Part shown: positions 49,298-58,954 of the stretch, piece after piece
Position numbering within the stretch: position 1 is the first letter of the stretch
Layout of the letters: every line of letters begins with the position of its first letter
DNA from: an uncultured Acidobacteriota bacterium
Lineage (GTDB): Bacteria; Acidobacteriota; JAQAZP01
Direction: 5' to 3'
Assembly: GCA_963836075.1 (NCBI GenBank)
Contig: CAWIIB010000001.1
Location: 1,376,001-1,440,000 of the forward strand
Length of the DNA stretch: 64,000 bases
Made by a program: the position numbers and the translations under genes
The notes under the pieces: model-generated
What the model saw: only the letters and a program-made list of their open reading frames with translations
What the model was told of the DNA's origin: nothing
Databases searched by the model: none

Positions 49298-50680
49298 CCG
49301 CTGCCCCCCCCGGTGCCGGCCGGATCGTCCCGCCACTGCCGCAGCCGCGCCAGTTGCCGGTCCCGCTGGTTGGTCAGCGGGTCTTCCAGCGCCTCCTGCA
49401 GCAGCGCCTCGAGCAACCGCCCCACCTCGGCCCCCTGGGCGAGACCGGTAACCCGCATCACATCCTTTCCGCTGACCTGCAGGTCGCAGACCCCCAGCGG
49501 CGGCTCCTCGCTGACCAGCCGTGCGATCCGACCCGAAAGTTCCTCCAGCAGTTCCAGGTCGTCGCTGGGCATTCCGTGGGCCTTCACATCGGCGCGTCTC
49601 AGCGCGAACAGGTCTTCCAGATGCTCCTGGCCCACCCGGCGGACCAGCCTCCGCACCGCGGCATCCTTCCACTGCGGCTGGTAATGGAACATGTGCTGCT
49701 GGATCAGGTGGGTCACCCGTTCCACCCTGGCCCGGCTGCAGCGCAGCCGTCCGAGGATCTCCCGGGCCAGGCGCGCACTGGCCTGCTCGTGGTTGTGGAA
49801 ACGGAAGATGCCATCGATCTTCTTCCGCACCCGCGGCTTGGCCACGTCGTGCAGCAGGGCGGCCAGCCGCAGGTCCAGCTCGGCCGGGGTGGAATCGACA
49901 CAGATCATGATGTGGCGGTAGATGGTATAGCGGTGGTAGTGATTCTGCTGCCGGCGCCACCCCTCCAGCAGTTCGGGGAGCACCTCGGCCATCAGCCCGG
50001 TGCGCCGCATGAGCTCCAGCCCCTCGGAGGGCCGGGGGGCGAGGAGCAGCCGGAACAGTTCCTCGCGGACCCGCTCCGGGGCCACCTGCCGGAAGGCCTC
50101 TAGGTGGCGGGGGATGCTCGCCGCCGTTTCGGCCTCGAGACGAAAGCGGAACAGTGCGGCAAAGCGTACCGCCCTGAAGATGCGCAGCGGGTCTTCGGCA
50201 AACCGGCCGTCGGCCGAACCCACCGCACGCACCACGCCGTGCCGCAGATCGGCGGCTCCGTCAAAGGGGTCCACCAGCCGGTTTTCCAGCGGGTCGCAGG
50301 CCATGGCGTTGAAGGTGAAATCACGGTAGGCCAGGTCACGTTCCAGCGACCGGGAGAAACGGCCCTGCCGCCCGGTGCGGAAGGTGGTCACCTCGTAGTG
50401 CTGACCGCCGCGGACCAGGGTCACGGTGCCATGCCGGATGCCGGTGGGCACCACCCGCCCGAAAAGCTGCTGCACCTCCTCCGGCCGGGCGTCGGTGGCC
50501 ACGTCCCAATCGGCTGCCGGCCGCCCCAGCAGCAGGTCACGCACCGCACCGCCGGCCACATAGGCCTGGAACCCCCCGCCCTTCAATTTCCTCGGCGATC
50601 CGCAGCAGCTCGGCGGGAAACTCGAAGGGCGGTGGTGAAGCCGATTTCCGGGATCGTATTCTTGGGAACGGTCCGCTCAT
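49294..50680 (-). CDS. cca: CCA tRNA nucleotidyltransferase with HD domain; probable +1 frameshift near 50590
   Basis: GGAVRD, DWD, EVTTFR, RDFTFNAMA, EDPLR..RA.RF, ERVREE, LLHDVAK; N-terminus in adjacent frame from ATG 50680. Confidence 0.88.
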
Positions 50681-50813
50681 CGGCCTAGAATACCATGAGT
50701 TATATTTCTTCTCATCTTCCTTTCATGTTGTCGGAATATAGTGAACCCCCGAATGGACCGGCCGTGCTTCGCAACAGGGGCCCGGAAACCGGGCGCCACC
50801 AGGGAGGGAAGAA

Positions 50814-51206
50814 ATGAACAGCAAATCGACCATGCTCATTTGCGTCACCGTCGCTGTTTTCGTACTGGCCTGCGGCCCCCGGCATGCCTCGGGACCGGGA
50901 ACCGCCGACACACCGCATGCCGCCCGCGAGGAGGTCAAGGAACGGGACGTCTCCCTGGACGATGTCCCGCTGCCGGTGAAAGAAGCGATGCTGGCCGAGG
51001 CGGGAGAGCACCGGATCACCGAAATCGAGGAAGTGCGCTTCGGCGACCGCATTGAATATGAGGCGGAGTGGAAGGTGGACGGCGAAGAGGTGGAGATGAC
51101 CTTCGCCGCCGATGGTTCGCTCGTCGGACGGGCCCTCGGCGACGACGATGCGGACAGCGACGCTGACGACGACGGGGATGATGACAGTGAAGTTGACGAC
51201 GACTGA
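50814..51206 (+). CDS. PepSY-like lipoprotein with Asp-rich tail
   Basis: Lipobox VLAC; VP.PV, YEAE..G.E.E..F.ADG; DDDADSDADDDGDDD. Confidence 0.75.
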   Translation: MNSKSTMLICVTVAVFVLACGPRHASGPGTADTPHAAREEVKERDVSLDDVPLPVKEAMLAEAGEHRITEIEEVRFGDRIEYEAEWKVDGEEVEMTFAADGSLVGRALGDDDADSDADDDGDDDSEVDDD

Positions 51207-51248
51207 CGGGCGGGGCTACCCGCCGGGGAGGCCCGGGAGGTGACGCCG

Positions 51249-51935
51249 ATGGAGAGGCAGCAGAAAGTCCTGGTGATCGAGGACTACCCGCCGGTGCTCA
51301 AGTCGATCACCATGGGCCTGAGCGAGGAGGGCTTCGCGGTGACCCCGGCAACCAATGGCGCCGACGGGCTGGAACTGGCCCTCGAGGGCGACTTCGACCT
51401 GATCGTTCTCGACCTGATGCTGCCCCGGATCGACGGCCTGACCATCCTCCAACGACTGCGCGACGAGGGCCGAACGGTCCACGTGCTGATTCTCACCGCC
51501 CGGGATACCCTCGATGACCGGGTCCACGGCCTGGACCTCGGGGCCGACGACTACCTGGTCAAACCGTTCGAGTTCGAAGAGCTGCTGGCCAGGGTCCGGG
51601 CGTTGCTCCGGCGGAAGAACGGCGACAAGACAGCGGTGATCAGGGTGGCCGACCTGGAGATCAACACGTCCGCCCGAACCGCCAAACGGGCGGGCCGGCA
51701 GATCGACCTCACCGCCCGGGAATATACCCTGCTGGAGTTTCTCGCCACGCGCACCGGCCGGGTGGTTACCCGGACCCAGGTCTGGGAGCAGCTCTACGAC
51801 TTTGCCGAAGAGATCAACAGCAACGTGGTGGACGTCTACATCGGCTACCTGCGCAAGAAGCTGGAACAGCACGGCGGCCCCCGCCTGATCCACACCCGCC
51901 GCGGCATGGGGTATGTCCTGGAGGTAAACCCCTGA
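51249..51935 (+). CDS. OmpR-family response regulator
   Basis: VIED, LDLMLP, LTARD, GADDYLVKPF, LTAREY, NVVDVYI..LR.K, RGMGY. Confidence 0.95.
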   Translation: MERQQKVLVIEDYPPVLKSITMGLSEEGFAVTPATNGADGLELALEGDFDLIVLDLMLPRIDGLTILQRLRDEGRTVHVLILTARDTLDDRVHGLDLGADDYLVKPFEFEELLARVRALLRRKNGDKTAVIRVADLEINTSARTAKRAGRQIDLTAREYTLLEFLATRTGRVVTRTQVWEQLYDFAEEINSNVVDVYIGYLRKKLEQHGGPRLIHTRRGMGYVLEVNP

Positions 51936-53407
51936 TGCGGTCCCTGCGCACAACCCTGCTCTTCGGCACCTCGGCGGGAATGGTGATGGTTCTGCTGGTG
52001 CTGGGCCTGCTGTTCCACATGCTGGAGCGAAAAAACCTGGTGGAACTGTTTGACGCCGCTCTGCTCGACGAAGCACGGATGCTGGCCTCCACCATCGAGT
52101 TCGAGAAAGGCGGGGTGGTGCTCGACTTTGCCGAACTGAAACTCCTGAGCTACAGGGAATCCGCCCGCCCCGGCTATCTCCAGGTCTGGCTGCCGGAGAA
52201 TCGCGTGATCTACCGCTCTCCCTCCCTGGGCGCAAACGATCTTCCGAAACCCTCCGGCCCACTAAATTCCGAAGGCTTCCTCTGGGTGAATCTTCCCGAC
52301 GGTAATAACGGCCGGTCCGTGGGCCTGACCTTCAAACCGCGGCAGGAAAAGGAGGAGGATGAGGAGGACGGAGGCGAAGGGGGTGAAGCCGGTAGTGACG
52401 AGGACCGTGAGATTCCCCTGGTGACCCTGGTTCTGGCCCGCCACACCGAGCCGGTAGACCTGACACTCTCCCGCATGCTGACCCGGCTGGCCCTGCTGGG
52501 GCTGCTGACCATCCTGGTCTCCATCGCTGTTCTTTCCCTGGTGATCCACCGGGCGCTGCTGCCGCTCAACCAGCTGGCCGGCAGGATCGGCATGCTGGAC
52601 GAGAAGAACCTTTCCAGCGGCCTTGCCGGCAGGCCCGGCCCGCAGGAAGTCCGGCCGATCATCAACCAGCTGAATCATCTGCTCGACCGCCTGGCCAGGG
52701 CCTTCCAACGCGAACGCTCCTTCAGCGCCGACATCGCCCATGAACTGCGCACGCCCCTCTCCGGCCTCCGTTCGATTATCGACGTGGTGCGTTCAAAACC
52801 GAGGCCGGCGGAAGAATACCGCGAGGGCCTGGACGAGTGCCTGGAGATCACGCTGCAGATGCAGGACATGGTCTCCAGACTGCTCTACCAGGGCCGGCTG
52901 GAGTCCGGCCAAGTGGACCTACAGCCAGAACCGCTGCAGGTCAACCAGCTGCTGCGCACCGCCTGGGCCGCTCTGGAGGACCGGGCCCGTCAGAGGGGTC
53001 TGGAGGTGCAGTGGGCGCTGGATCGCAATGACGCCCTGATCACCGACCTCTCGCTGTTCAGCCTGGTGATCCAGAACATCGTGGGAAACGCCGTAGAGCA
53101 CGCCGACGAGAACGGCCGGGTGAAGATCGAGACTTCGTTCAACAACATCCAGCCGTCGATTCGGGTCCGCAACAGCGGAAGCCAGGTCTCCCGGGGATCG
53201 GCAAACTTCGTGTTCGACCGGTTCTGGCGCGGGGACAAATCCAGGAACTCGGTACGGGGCCACAGCGGACTGGGCCTGACCCTGGTCAAGCGCGCGGTGA
53301 CCATGCTGGGTGGTGAGGTGGACGTGGAGTCCGAGGTGGGCGGCGACTTCTTGATCACGGTCGCCATTCCAGCCACGGGACCGGCCGCAACCGATCCCGT
53401 GGACTGA
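51935..53407 (+). CDS. Sensor histidine kinase (QseC/CusS-like) with HAMP domain
   Basis: Two TM, acidic periplasmic insert, AHELRTPL, N..NA, FDRFWR, GLGL. Confidence 0.93.
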   Translation: MRSLRTTLLFGTSAGMVMVLLVLGLLFHMLERKNLVELFDAALLDEARMLASTIEFEKGGVVLDFAELKLLSYRESARPGYLQVWLPENRVIYRSPSLGANDLPKPSGPLNSEGFLWVNLPDGNNGRSVGLTFKPRQEKEEDEEDGGEGGEAGSDEDREIPLVTLVLARHTEPVDLTLSRMLTRLALLGLLTILVSIAVLSLVIHRALLPLNQLAGRIGMLDEKNLSSGLAGRPGPQEVRPIINQLNHLLDRLARAFQRERSFSADIAHELRTPLSGLRSIIDVVRSKPRPAEEYREGLDECLEITLQMQDMVSRLLYQGRLESGQVDLQPEPLQVNQLLRTAWAALEDRARQRGLEVQWALDRNDALITDLSLFSLVIQNIVGNAVEHADENGRVKIETSFNNIQPSIRVRNSGSQVSRGSANFVFDRFWRGDKSRNSVRGHSGLGLTLVKRAVTMLGGEVDVESEVGGDFLITVAIPATGPAATDPVD

Positions 53408-53427
53408 GAACCTGCCGGAACGGGCTC
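53372..53427 (+). repeat. Direct repeat copy 1 (overlaps kinase 3' end)
   Basis: GCCACGGGACCGGCCGCAACCGATCCCGTGGACTGAGAACCTGCCGGAACGGGCTC. Confidence 0.85.
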
Positions 53428-53804
53428 CACACACAATGCGGGTCCGCAATCAGAATTCTCCTTGGCCTCGCGCTCGCGTTGCTGCTCGCACCAGGCTGTG
53501 CCCGCTACGTCCCCGCACCCATCTCGCCCGGGCAATCGCTCTCGGTCTGCTGATCGATGAGGAATTCAAATTGAGCAGGATCGAGAGGGACGCGCCGGGA
53601 TCGCCCCCCACAGCGGAGACCCGCTGAGGAGACGAAGATGTTATTTCGTCGATTCTCACTGTCCTCTCATGTTTAAAAGACTACGCTTTCTGTTGAGCGG
53701 TTCGGCATCGGCGTGTTTTGTATCAACCGAACCGGCGATCATTCCCGGTATTGAATCTCGGAACTTTAATATGGATTCGCAATACGGTGCAGGGAGATGA
53801 CCGA

Positions 53805-55170
53805 ATGAGCCTGAAAGCCGGAAGCGCGTTTTCCGGTCCGACTCCCGTCCCGCGGTGGGCCCGGCGGTCTCGCCCTGCGGCCGACGGCGACCGGGAGGGA
53901 CGCCACCGGTTCGACGTTCCCCTGCTCGTCCTGCTGCTCTGCGCCATCGTCTCCATCCGTCTGGTCTCGCTCGGCCTCTATCCGCTGATCGACAAGTCCG
54001 AATCGCGCTACGCCGAGATCGCCCGGGAGATGGAGTCGAGCGGAGACCTGGTTGTGCCCTGGTTGATGGGTGAACCCTTCATGGCCAAGCCCCCGCTCTC
54101 CTTCTGGCTCTCCGCGGCGAGCATGTCCATTTTCGGCCACACCGATTTCGCCGTCCGGCTGCCATCGTTCATCCTCCTGCTACTCACCGCGGGCCTGCTC
54201 TTTGCCGTCGCCGTCGATCTGTTCGACCTCAGGACGGCCCTCCTGGCGGTGGTAATCCTCTGTTCGATGCCGCTCCATTTCGTCCTTTCCGGAGTAGTCT
54301 CGCCGTAGATATCCTCGAGAGCGGAGTGCCTGGGGGTCTTCGACGGCGACTGGGGCTCGGTCTGCTGCGGGCGGTAAGCCTTGACTACTATGCCCTGGAC
54401 GTCTACAGGCGACGTCTGGTATCACGGCGCACTCCCCTGGTTCTACGACCACGATGCTGGTGCTCAGCTTCGCGGCGCCCTGGATTCCTGCTGATGGAAG
54501 GCAGCAATCCCGGGTGTAATAATACTCAATTACTCTTCTCCACCAGCCGCTGTGGCCAAGCCTTCCCCTGGACGTTTTTCTCGCACCTCTGGCCGAGGTT
54601 CCGGGCGTTCAAGACATTCCGTGGGGACCCGCAGGGGTTTCTCTTGCTCTGGGCCCTCACTCCGATGGTCTTCTTCACCTTTTCCTGGAGCACTGTGGTG
54701 ACCTACGTCTATCCGGGGCTTCCCGCGCTGGCCCTGCTCATCGCCGGGGCGCTTCGGGCGGTGCCGAAAGGGGAACCGGCATGCTGAAACGGTCGCACAT
54801 CACGTTCGCGCTCTGGTTTCCCTTCCTGTTCATCGGGCTGGTCTTCTTTTTTTACGACAGGATCGATGGCTATTCGCAAAAAAAAATGGTCACGGAATGC
54901 CAGGCATGGGCCGATTCCGAACAGCGTCCCATCCAGTTCGATGGCTGCTTGAAGTATTCCGGGGCCTTCGATGCCGGCAGCGGCTCGACCAGAACCGGCG
55001 GGGTTAAAATGAACCGGGGGACGAGCCGGGCTGACGGTTCCGGGTCCCTGGTGGTGGTGGAAAAGGGTTCCCCACAATATCTCGGTTACGCCGGCGACGG
55101 CCATTTCCGGTTGATCGCCGAGAAAGACACGTATGCCATTTTCAAGAACCTGACCGTGGTCTCCCGTTGA
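53805..55170 (+). pseudogene. Degraded ArnT-like (GT83) lipid A/glycolipid glycosyltransferase
   Basis: LIDKSESRYAEIAREM, FMAKPPL, AVRLPS; TAG 54306; scrambled middle; later FPWT, VTYVYP.LPALALL; ORF 54781..55170 resembles the last TM plus periplasmic domain. Confidence 0.7.
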
Positions 55171-55255
55171 AACGAAAATGATCCACCATATATCCCAAGG
55201 ACATCTCCCAGCCCTTACCCACTCAGCCAAGCGCTCATGAGCAAAGAGAAATGCA

Positions 55256-55846
55256 ATGAAATTTTCTTCGCCGTCCACTTGGCCGGGCATTCTGAAACAT
55301 GGCACGGCACCCTGGCTTCCGGTCGTTTGCTCACTCCTGGCCGCGGTCCCGTTCACTGTACCGGCCCAGGCGCAAAGCGCCATGGAACAGGCGGGTGACA
55401 TCCTCCAGGTGCTGATCCCATCGGCGGCCTACACCACCACCTTCATCAAAAAGGATCCTGAGGGAAGGAAGCAGTTCTACTACTCCTTCTTCTGCACCTT
55501 CACCATCACCCAAAGCTTGAAATACAGCATAAACAGCCAGCGCCCGGAAGGGAACGGCGGGCATTCCTTCCCCTCCGGACACACCTCGGCCGCCTTCCAG
55601 GGAGCGACATTCCTTCAACGGAGATACGGCTGGGGCTACGGCCTGCCGGCTTACATCGGCGCGGCCTTCGTTGGTTACAGCCGGGTGGAGGGCGAGTTGG
55701 ACAAGCACTATCCCGGTGATGTGCTGGCTGGTGCGGCCCTGGGAATCATCAGCGGCTACTATTTCACCGAATCACCAAAGAGCTACTCCAAATCACCGAT
55801 CATCGACCAGGGCCGCTACGGTGTGAGCTTCAAACTGAAGTGGTGA
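55256..55846 (+). CDS. PAP2-family phosphatase (LpxE-like)
   Basis: LKYSINSQRP, SFPSGH, YSRV...KHY.GDV.AG. Confidence 0.88.
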   Translation: MKFSSPSTWPGILKHGTAPWLPVVCSLLAAVPFTVPAQAQSAMEQAGDILQVLIPSAAYTTTFIKKDPEGRKQFYYSFFCTFTITQSLKYSINSQRPEGNGGHSFPSGHTSAAFQGATFLQRRYGWGYGLPAYIGAAFVGYSRVEGELDKHYPGDVLAGAALGIISGYYFTESPKSYSKSPIIDQGRYGVSFKLKW

Positions 55847-55855
55847 ATCCCCCCG

Positions 55856-55910
55856 GCCACGGGACAGCCGCCACCGGTCCCGTGGACTGAGAACATGCCG
55901 GAACGGGCTC
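55856..55910 (+). repeat. Direct repeat copy 2
   Basis: GCCACGGGACAGCCGCCACCGGTCCCGTGGACTGAGAACATGCCGGAACGGGCTC; internal inverted repeat CCACGGGAC/GTCCCGTGG. Confidence 0.85.
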
Positions 55911-55926
55911 AGCGCCCTGGCGGAAG

Positions 55927-57708
55927 TCAGGGAGCGATACCCACCACCGTACAGTTGCCGGAAGCGGTGTCCCCAGCCGGCGGATAGGGCGGCTGGTTGT
56001 AGGGCGACGGCGTCACGTCCTCCACCACCAGGGTGAAGGTGTTGGTGCCGATCACCGTTCCGATGGCCGGGATGGTGGTGTTCCAGCCGGTGATATAACT
56101 GCCGTCCGCGTCGATATTGGTGTATCCCGCCCGCCAGTTCCCCACGCTGGAACCGTTGGCCAGGGCCACGTTGATCCGTCCCGCCATCCGCCGGCCCAGC
56201 CCGGAATACTCGTTGTTGATCGTCACGGTAAATGATGCGGTGAACGGCACCGTGCCCGATCCCGGCAGACAGGTGAGATCCGTCGACACCGTGGATGCCG
56301 AGACATAGCCCAGCGTCCCGTCCGCATTGACGTTCTGACCGATGATGTCCAGGTGCCCGGCGCGGTCATCGGACCAGGCCAGGATGGCGTACCCTTCGCT
56401 GCTCATGGCGGCATTGAGCCGGCCCTTGCCACTGGGCAGGCTGCCGGCCTCGACGATGTCACCGGTCCAGACGAAGTCGCCGTTGCCGTCCACCCGGGTG
56501 GCCTTGATCACGTCGTTGCCATAGCTGGGCGACTCGATCCAGAAGGCCATGGCGCCGTCACCGTCCTGCAGCGTGTTGATGAAGGTGCGGGTGGGGACGC
56601 CCACGGGAACCAGCTCCTTGCCCGAGGTGCCCCAGAGACGGAGGCCGAGACTGGAGAGCTTCTGCCCGTACACCCCGTGTTGCGACTGGCTGGAGTTCAG
56701 CTCGGTCCAGAAGACATACATGTTCCCGGTGGCCGGGTCAAAGGAGGCGTCGGGGGAAACCCGCAGCCGCGTGGCATTGGTGGAAACGCTGACCCCGTTG
56801 TGTGCGAACTGCTCGCTGCCGTCGGAGAGGATGCGCTGGGCGTAACACTGCAGCACGCTGGTGCCATACCAGGAGAAGACCGCGCCGCCGCTGCCGTCGG
56901 TGGTGAAGGTGGGGTAGTTGCCGAACTGCAGCGAATCACCGTCGAAGACGATGACGTGCGGCCCGGGGGTGGTCCACATGGCAACGCCTTCGGCTGAGAT
57001 TTTCTGGGCCCAGAGGTGCTTGGGATCCCAGAACATCGGCCCCCACTTGACCCAGGAGACGATCACATGGCCGTAATCGGAACCGTGGATGTCGGAGATG
57101 GAGAAATTGGCGGCGCCGGTGTCGGAGAGGACCACGCCGGTCCCCCACTGGGGCACTCCGTCGTTAGTCAGTTTTTGCAGTTTGGTAGTTGACGCTTCGG
57201 TCCACCCCACCACCACGTTGCCGTCAGAGGTGCCGGCGATCCGGGGGGAATAGACCTCTTCGCCGCTGGTCAGCTGTATGCCGTTGGCCCCCCAGAGCAT
57301 GGCGCCGTCAGGGTCCACCATCACAGCCGTAATCCTCGTGGCGCCGAAACGGTCGTCACGGAAAGCCAGCACCGCGTAGCCGTAATTGTCCACGTCGAGG
57401 CCGTAGTCCTCGGTGGAGCTGAACGAGCGGTCGGCGATAAGCATGCCGTTGTGGGCCCACTGCTCGTCACCGGCCGCATCGAGGCGCTGGAGGTAGACGT
57501 CGTAGCCGCCGGCGGCATTGTCGAACCAGCTGATGTAGCAACCGCCGTCGGAGGTGGGTGCGATCTTCGGCTGGGCCTGGTCCGCCGTGCGGTCAGCAAT
57601 GGCCAGGTTCACCGCCGGATCCGTGGACCAGGCCGCGTGGACACTGGGTGCCCAGACAAGGAGGGCAATGATGATCAGCGAGACGAGGACGGGGGCGAAA
57701 CGTTTCAT
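55927..57708 (-). CDS. Secreted beta-propeller-like protein with the same novel C-terminal domain
   Basis: Signal peptide (VHA-AW); repeats DGGC/DGSGGA..W, YxQR/K..G..W; ends ...EDVTPSPYNQPPYPPAGDTASGNCTVVGIAP. Confidence 0.85.
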   Translation of the reverse strand: MKRFAPVLVSLIIIALLVWAPSVHAAWSTDPAVNLAIADRTADQAQPKIAPTSDGGCYISWFDNAAGGYDVYLQRLDAAGDEQWAHNGMLIADRSFSSTEDYGLDVDNYGYAVLAFRDDRFGATRITAVMVDPDGAMLWGANGIQLTSGEEVYSPRIAGTSDGNVVVGWTEASTTKLQKLTNDGVPQWGTGVVLSDTGAANFSISDIHGSDYGHVIVSWVKWGPMFWDPKHLWAQKISAEGVAMWTTPGPHVIVFDGDSLQFGNYPTFTTDGSGGAVFSWYGTSVLQCYAQRILSDGSEQFAHNGVSVSTNATRLRVSPDASFDPATGNMYVFWTELNSSQSQHGVYGQKLSSLGLRLWGTSGKELVPVGVPTRTFINTLQDGDGAMAFWIESPSYGNDVIKATRVDGNGDFVWTGDIVEAGSLPSGKGRLNAAMSSEGYAILAWSDDRAGHLDIIGQNVNADGTLGYVSASTVSTDLTCLPGSGTVPFTASFTVTINNEYSGLGRRMAGRINVALANGSSVGNWRAGYTNIDADGSYITGWNTTIPAIGTVIGTNTFTLVVEDVTPSPYNQPPYPPAGDTASGNCTVVGIAP

Positions 57709-57824
57709 AACCGATATCCTCCGGTTGCTGGTGCGCGGAACCGCTTGTCGCGGCTGTAAAGATGAGGGAGGCTCGACACAACAGCGTTGGAAAAGAACCA
57801 GGCAAGCCCGAAACTGCTACGGTA

Positions 57825-57853
57825 AAGATAAGCCTGGCGGGGCATTCTGTCAA
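57825..57853 (-). promoter_or_regulatory. Sigma70-type promoter of 55927..57708
   Basis: TTGACA-N17-TATCTT on minus strand. Confidence 0.6.
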
Positions 57854-58758
57854 TCAGCGTTTTGGGCGCGGGTTGCGGGTTGCGGGCCCAGCTGGGCCAG
57901 GAGCATTCCGCCCAGCATCAGGGCACAGCCGGCCATCATGCGCAGGGACAACTGCTCACCGAGGATCATCCAGCCGCCGAGAACGGCAAAAACCGCTTCG
58001 GTGCTGAGAATGATGGCCGTGTGGGCCGGCCGGGCGTGACGCTGGGCCACCACCTGCAGGGTAAACGCCACTCCCGTGGACAGCAGCCCGGCATAGAGGA
58101 TGGGGAGCGCCGCGCCCCGCAGGTCCTGGATGGTGGTCGCTTCCCGGGCCAGTGATACCAGCAGGCTGAACAGGGAGCAGACGGCAAACTGCAGGCAGGC
58201 CAGGAGGATCACGTCGTACCGCCGCACCAGCCAGCCCACCAGCTGCACGTGTAACGCCCAGGCCACGGCGCTGAGCAGCACCAGGGTGTCCCCGGTGGCG
58301 AGGGTCCACGTCCCGGTGAAACTGAGCAGGTAGAGGCCGGCAATGGCCATCAATGCCCCGGCCCAGGCGCCGGCTGCGGTCCGCTGGCCCCAGGCCAGAC
58401 CGAGCAGGGGGACAAAGATCACGTAGAGCCCGGTGATGAAACCGGCCTTGCCCGCCGTGGTGTAGACCAGGCCCGTCTGCTGCAGGGACGACCCGATGAA
58501 CAGGATCAGCCCGAGGGCGGCGCCGGCGGCCAGCGTGGCGGAAGCGCCGGGTTTCGGCCCCTCGGTGGTCATGGCCGCACGCCGCCGGCGGGTCAGGGCC
58601 AGCACCGGCAGCAGGAGGGCGGCGCCGAGGGCGAAGCGGACGGCGTTGAAAGTGAAGGGGCCGACGTGCTCCATGCCCAGACGCTGGGCCACGAAGGCGA
58701 AGCCCCAGATGACCGCCGACAGCATGAGCAGCAGGTTGGACCTGGATACGCGGCTCAT
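57850..58758 (-). CDS. DMT/EamA family transporter
   Basis: IWGFAFVAQ, GPF.FNA.RF, KAGFITGLY, two EamA halves. Confidence 0.92.
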   Translation of the reverse strand: MSRVSRSNLLLMLSAVIWGFAFVAQRLGMEHVGPFTFNAVRFALGAALLLPVLALTRRRRAAMTTEGPKPGASATLAAGAALGLILFIGSSLQQTGLVYTTAGKAGFITGLYVIFVPLLGLAWGQRTAAGAWAGALMAIAGLYLLSFTGTWTLATGDTLVLLSAVAWALHVQLVGWLVRRYDVILLACLQFAVCSLFSLLVSLAREATTIQDLRGAALPILYAGLLSTGVAFTLQVVAQRHARPAHTAIILSTEAVFAVLGGWMILGEQLSLRMMAGCALMLGGMLLAQLGPQPATRAQNAD

Positions 58759-58954
58759 CGGATCCCCTCTTCCGTCCCCGACGGAAAACACAGCTGGGGC
58801 CGTCAGGATGTTGCCTCTTCGCTCCGGTCGCGAAACGCTCCAACGTCACTAAGAAACAACATCCTGACGGCCCTGAATTCCCGCAGCAAACAAAGGGCCG
58901 GGTGTTACCACCCGGCCCAAGAGTATCACTCAACCGCAGACGAAATCTTCCGTC

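Noticed and set aside
49298-49960. N-terminal extension of the alpha/beta hydrolase ORF (likewise 1761-2033, 6787-7428, 32791-33105)
   Set aside because: Overlaps neighbouring real genes; better starts with stop/start coupling or an RBS exist downstream.
54306-54308. In-frame TAG in the ArnT-like gene as possible pyrrolysine/readthrough
   Set aside because: Downstream sequence is degraded and shortened relative to ArnT and no pyl genes are in view; pseudogene fits better.
21609-57853. Both novel-domain genes have promoters starting ATTGACAGA, suggesting a shared regulon
   Set aside because: Mostly the generic -35 hexamer; the folE promoter also has TTGACAG, so specificity is unsupported.
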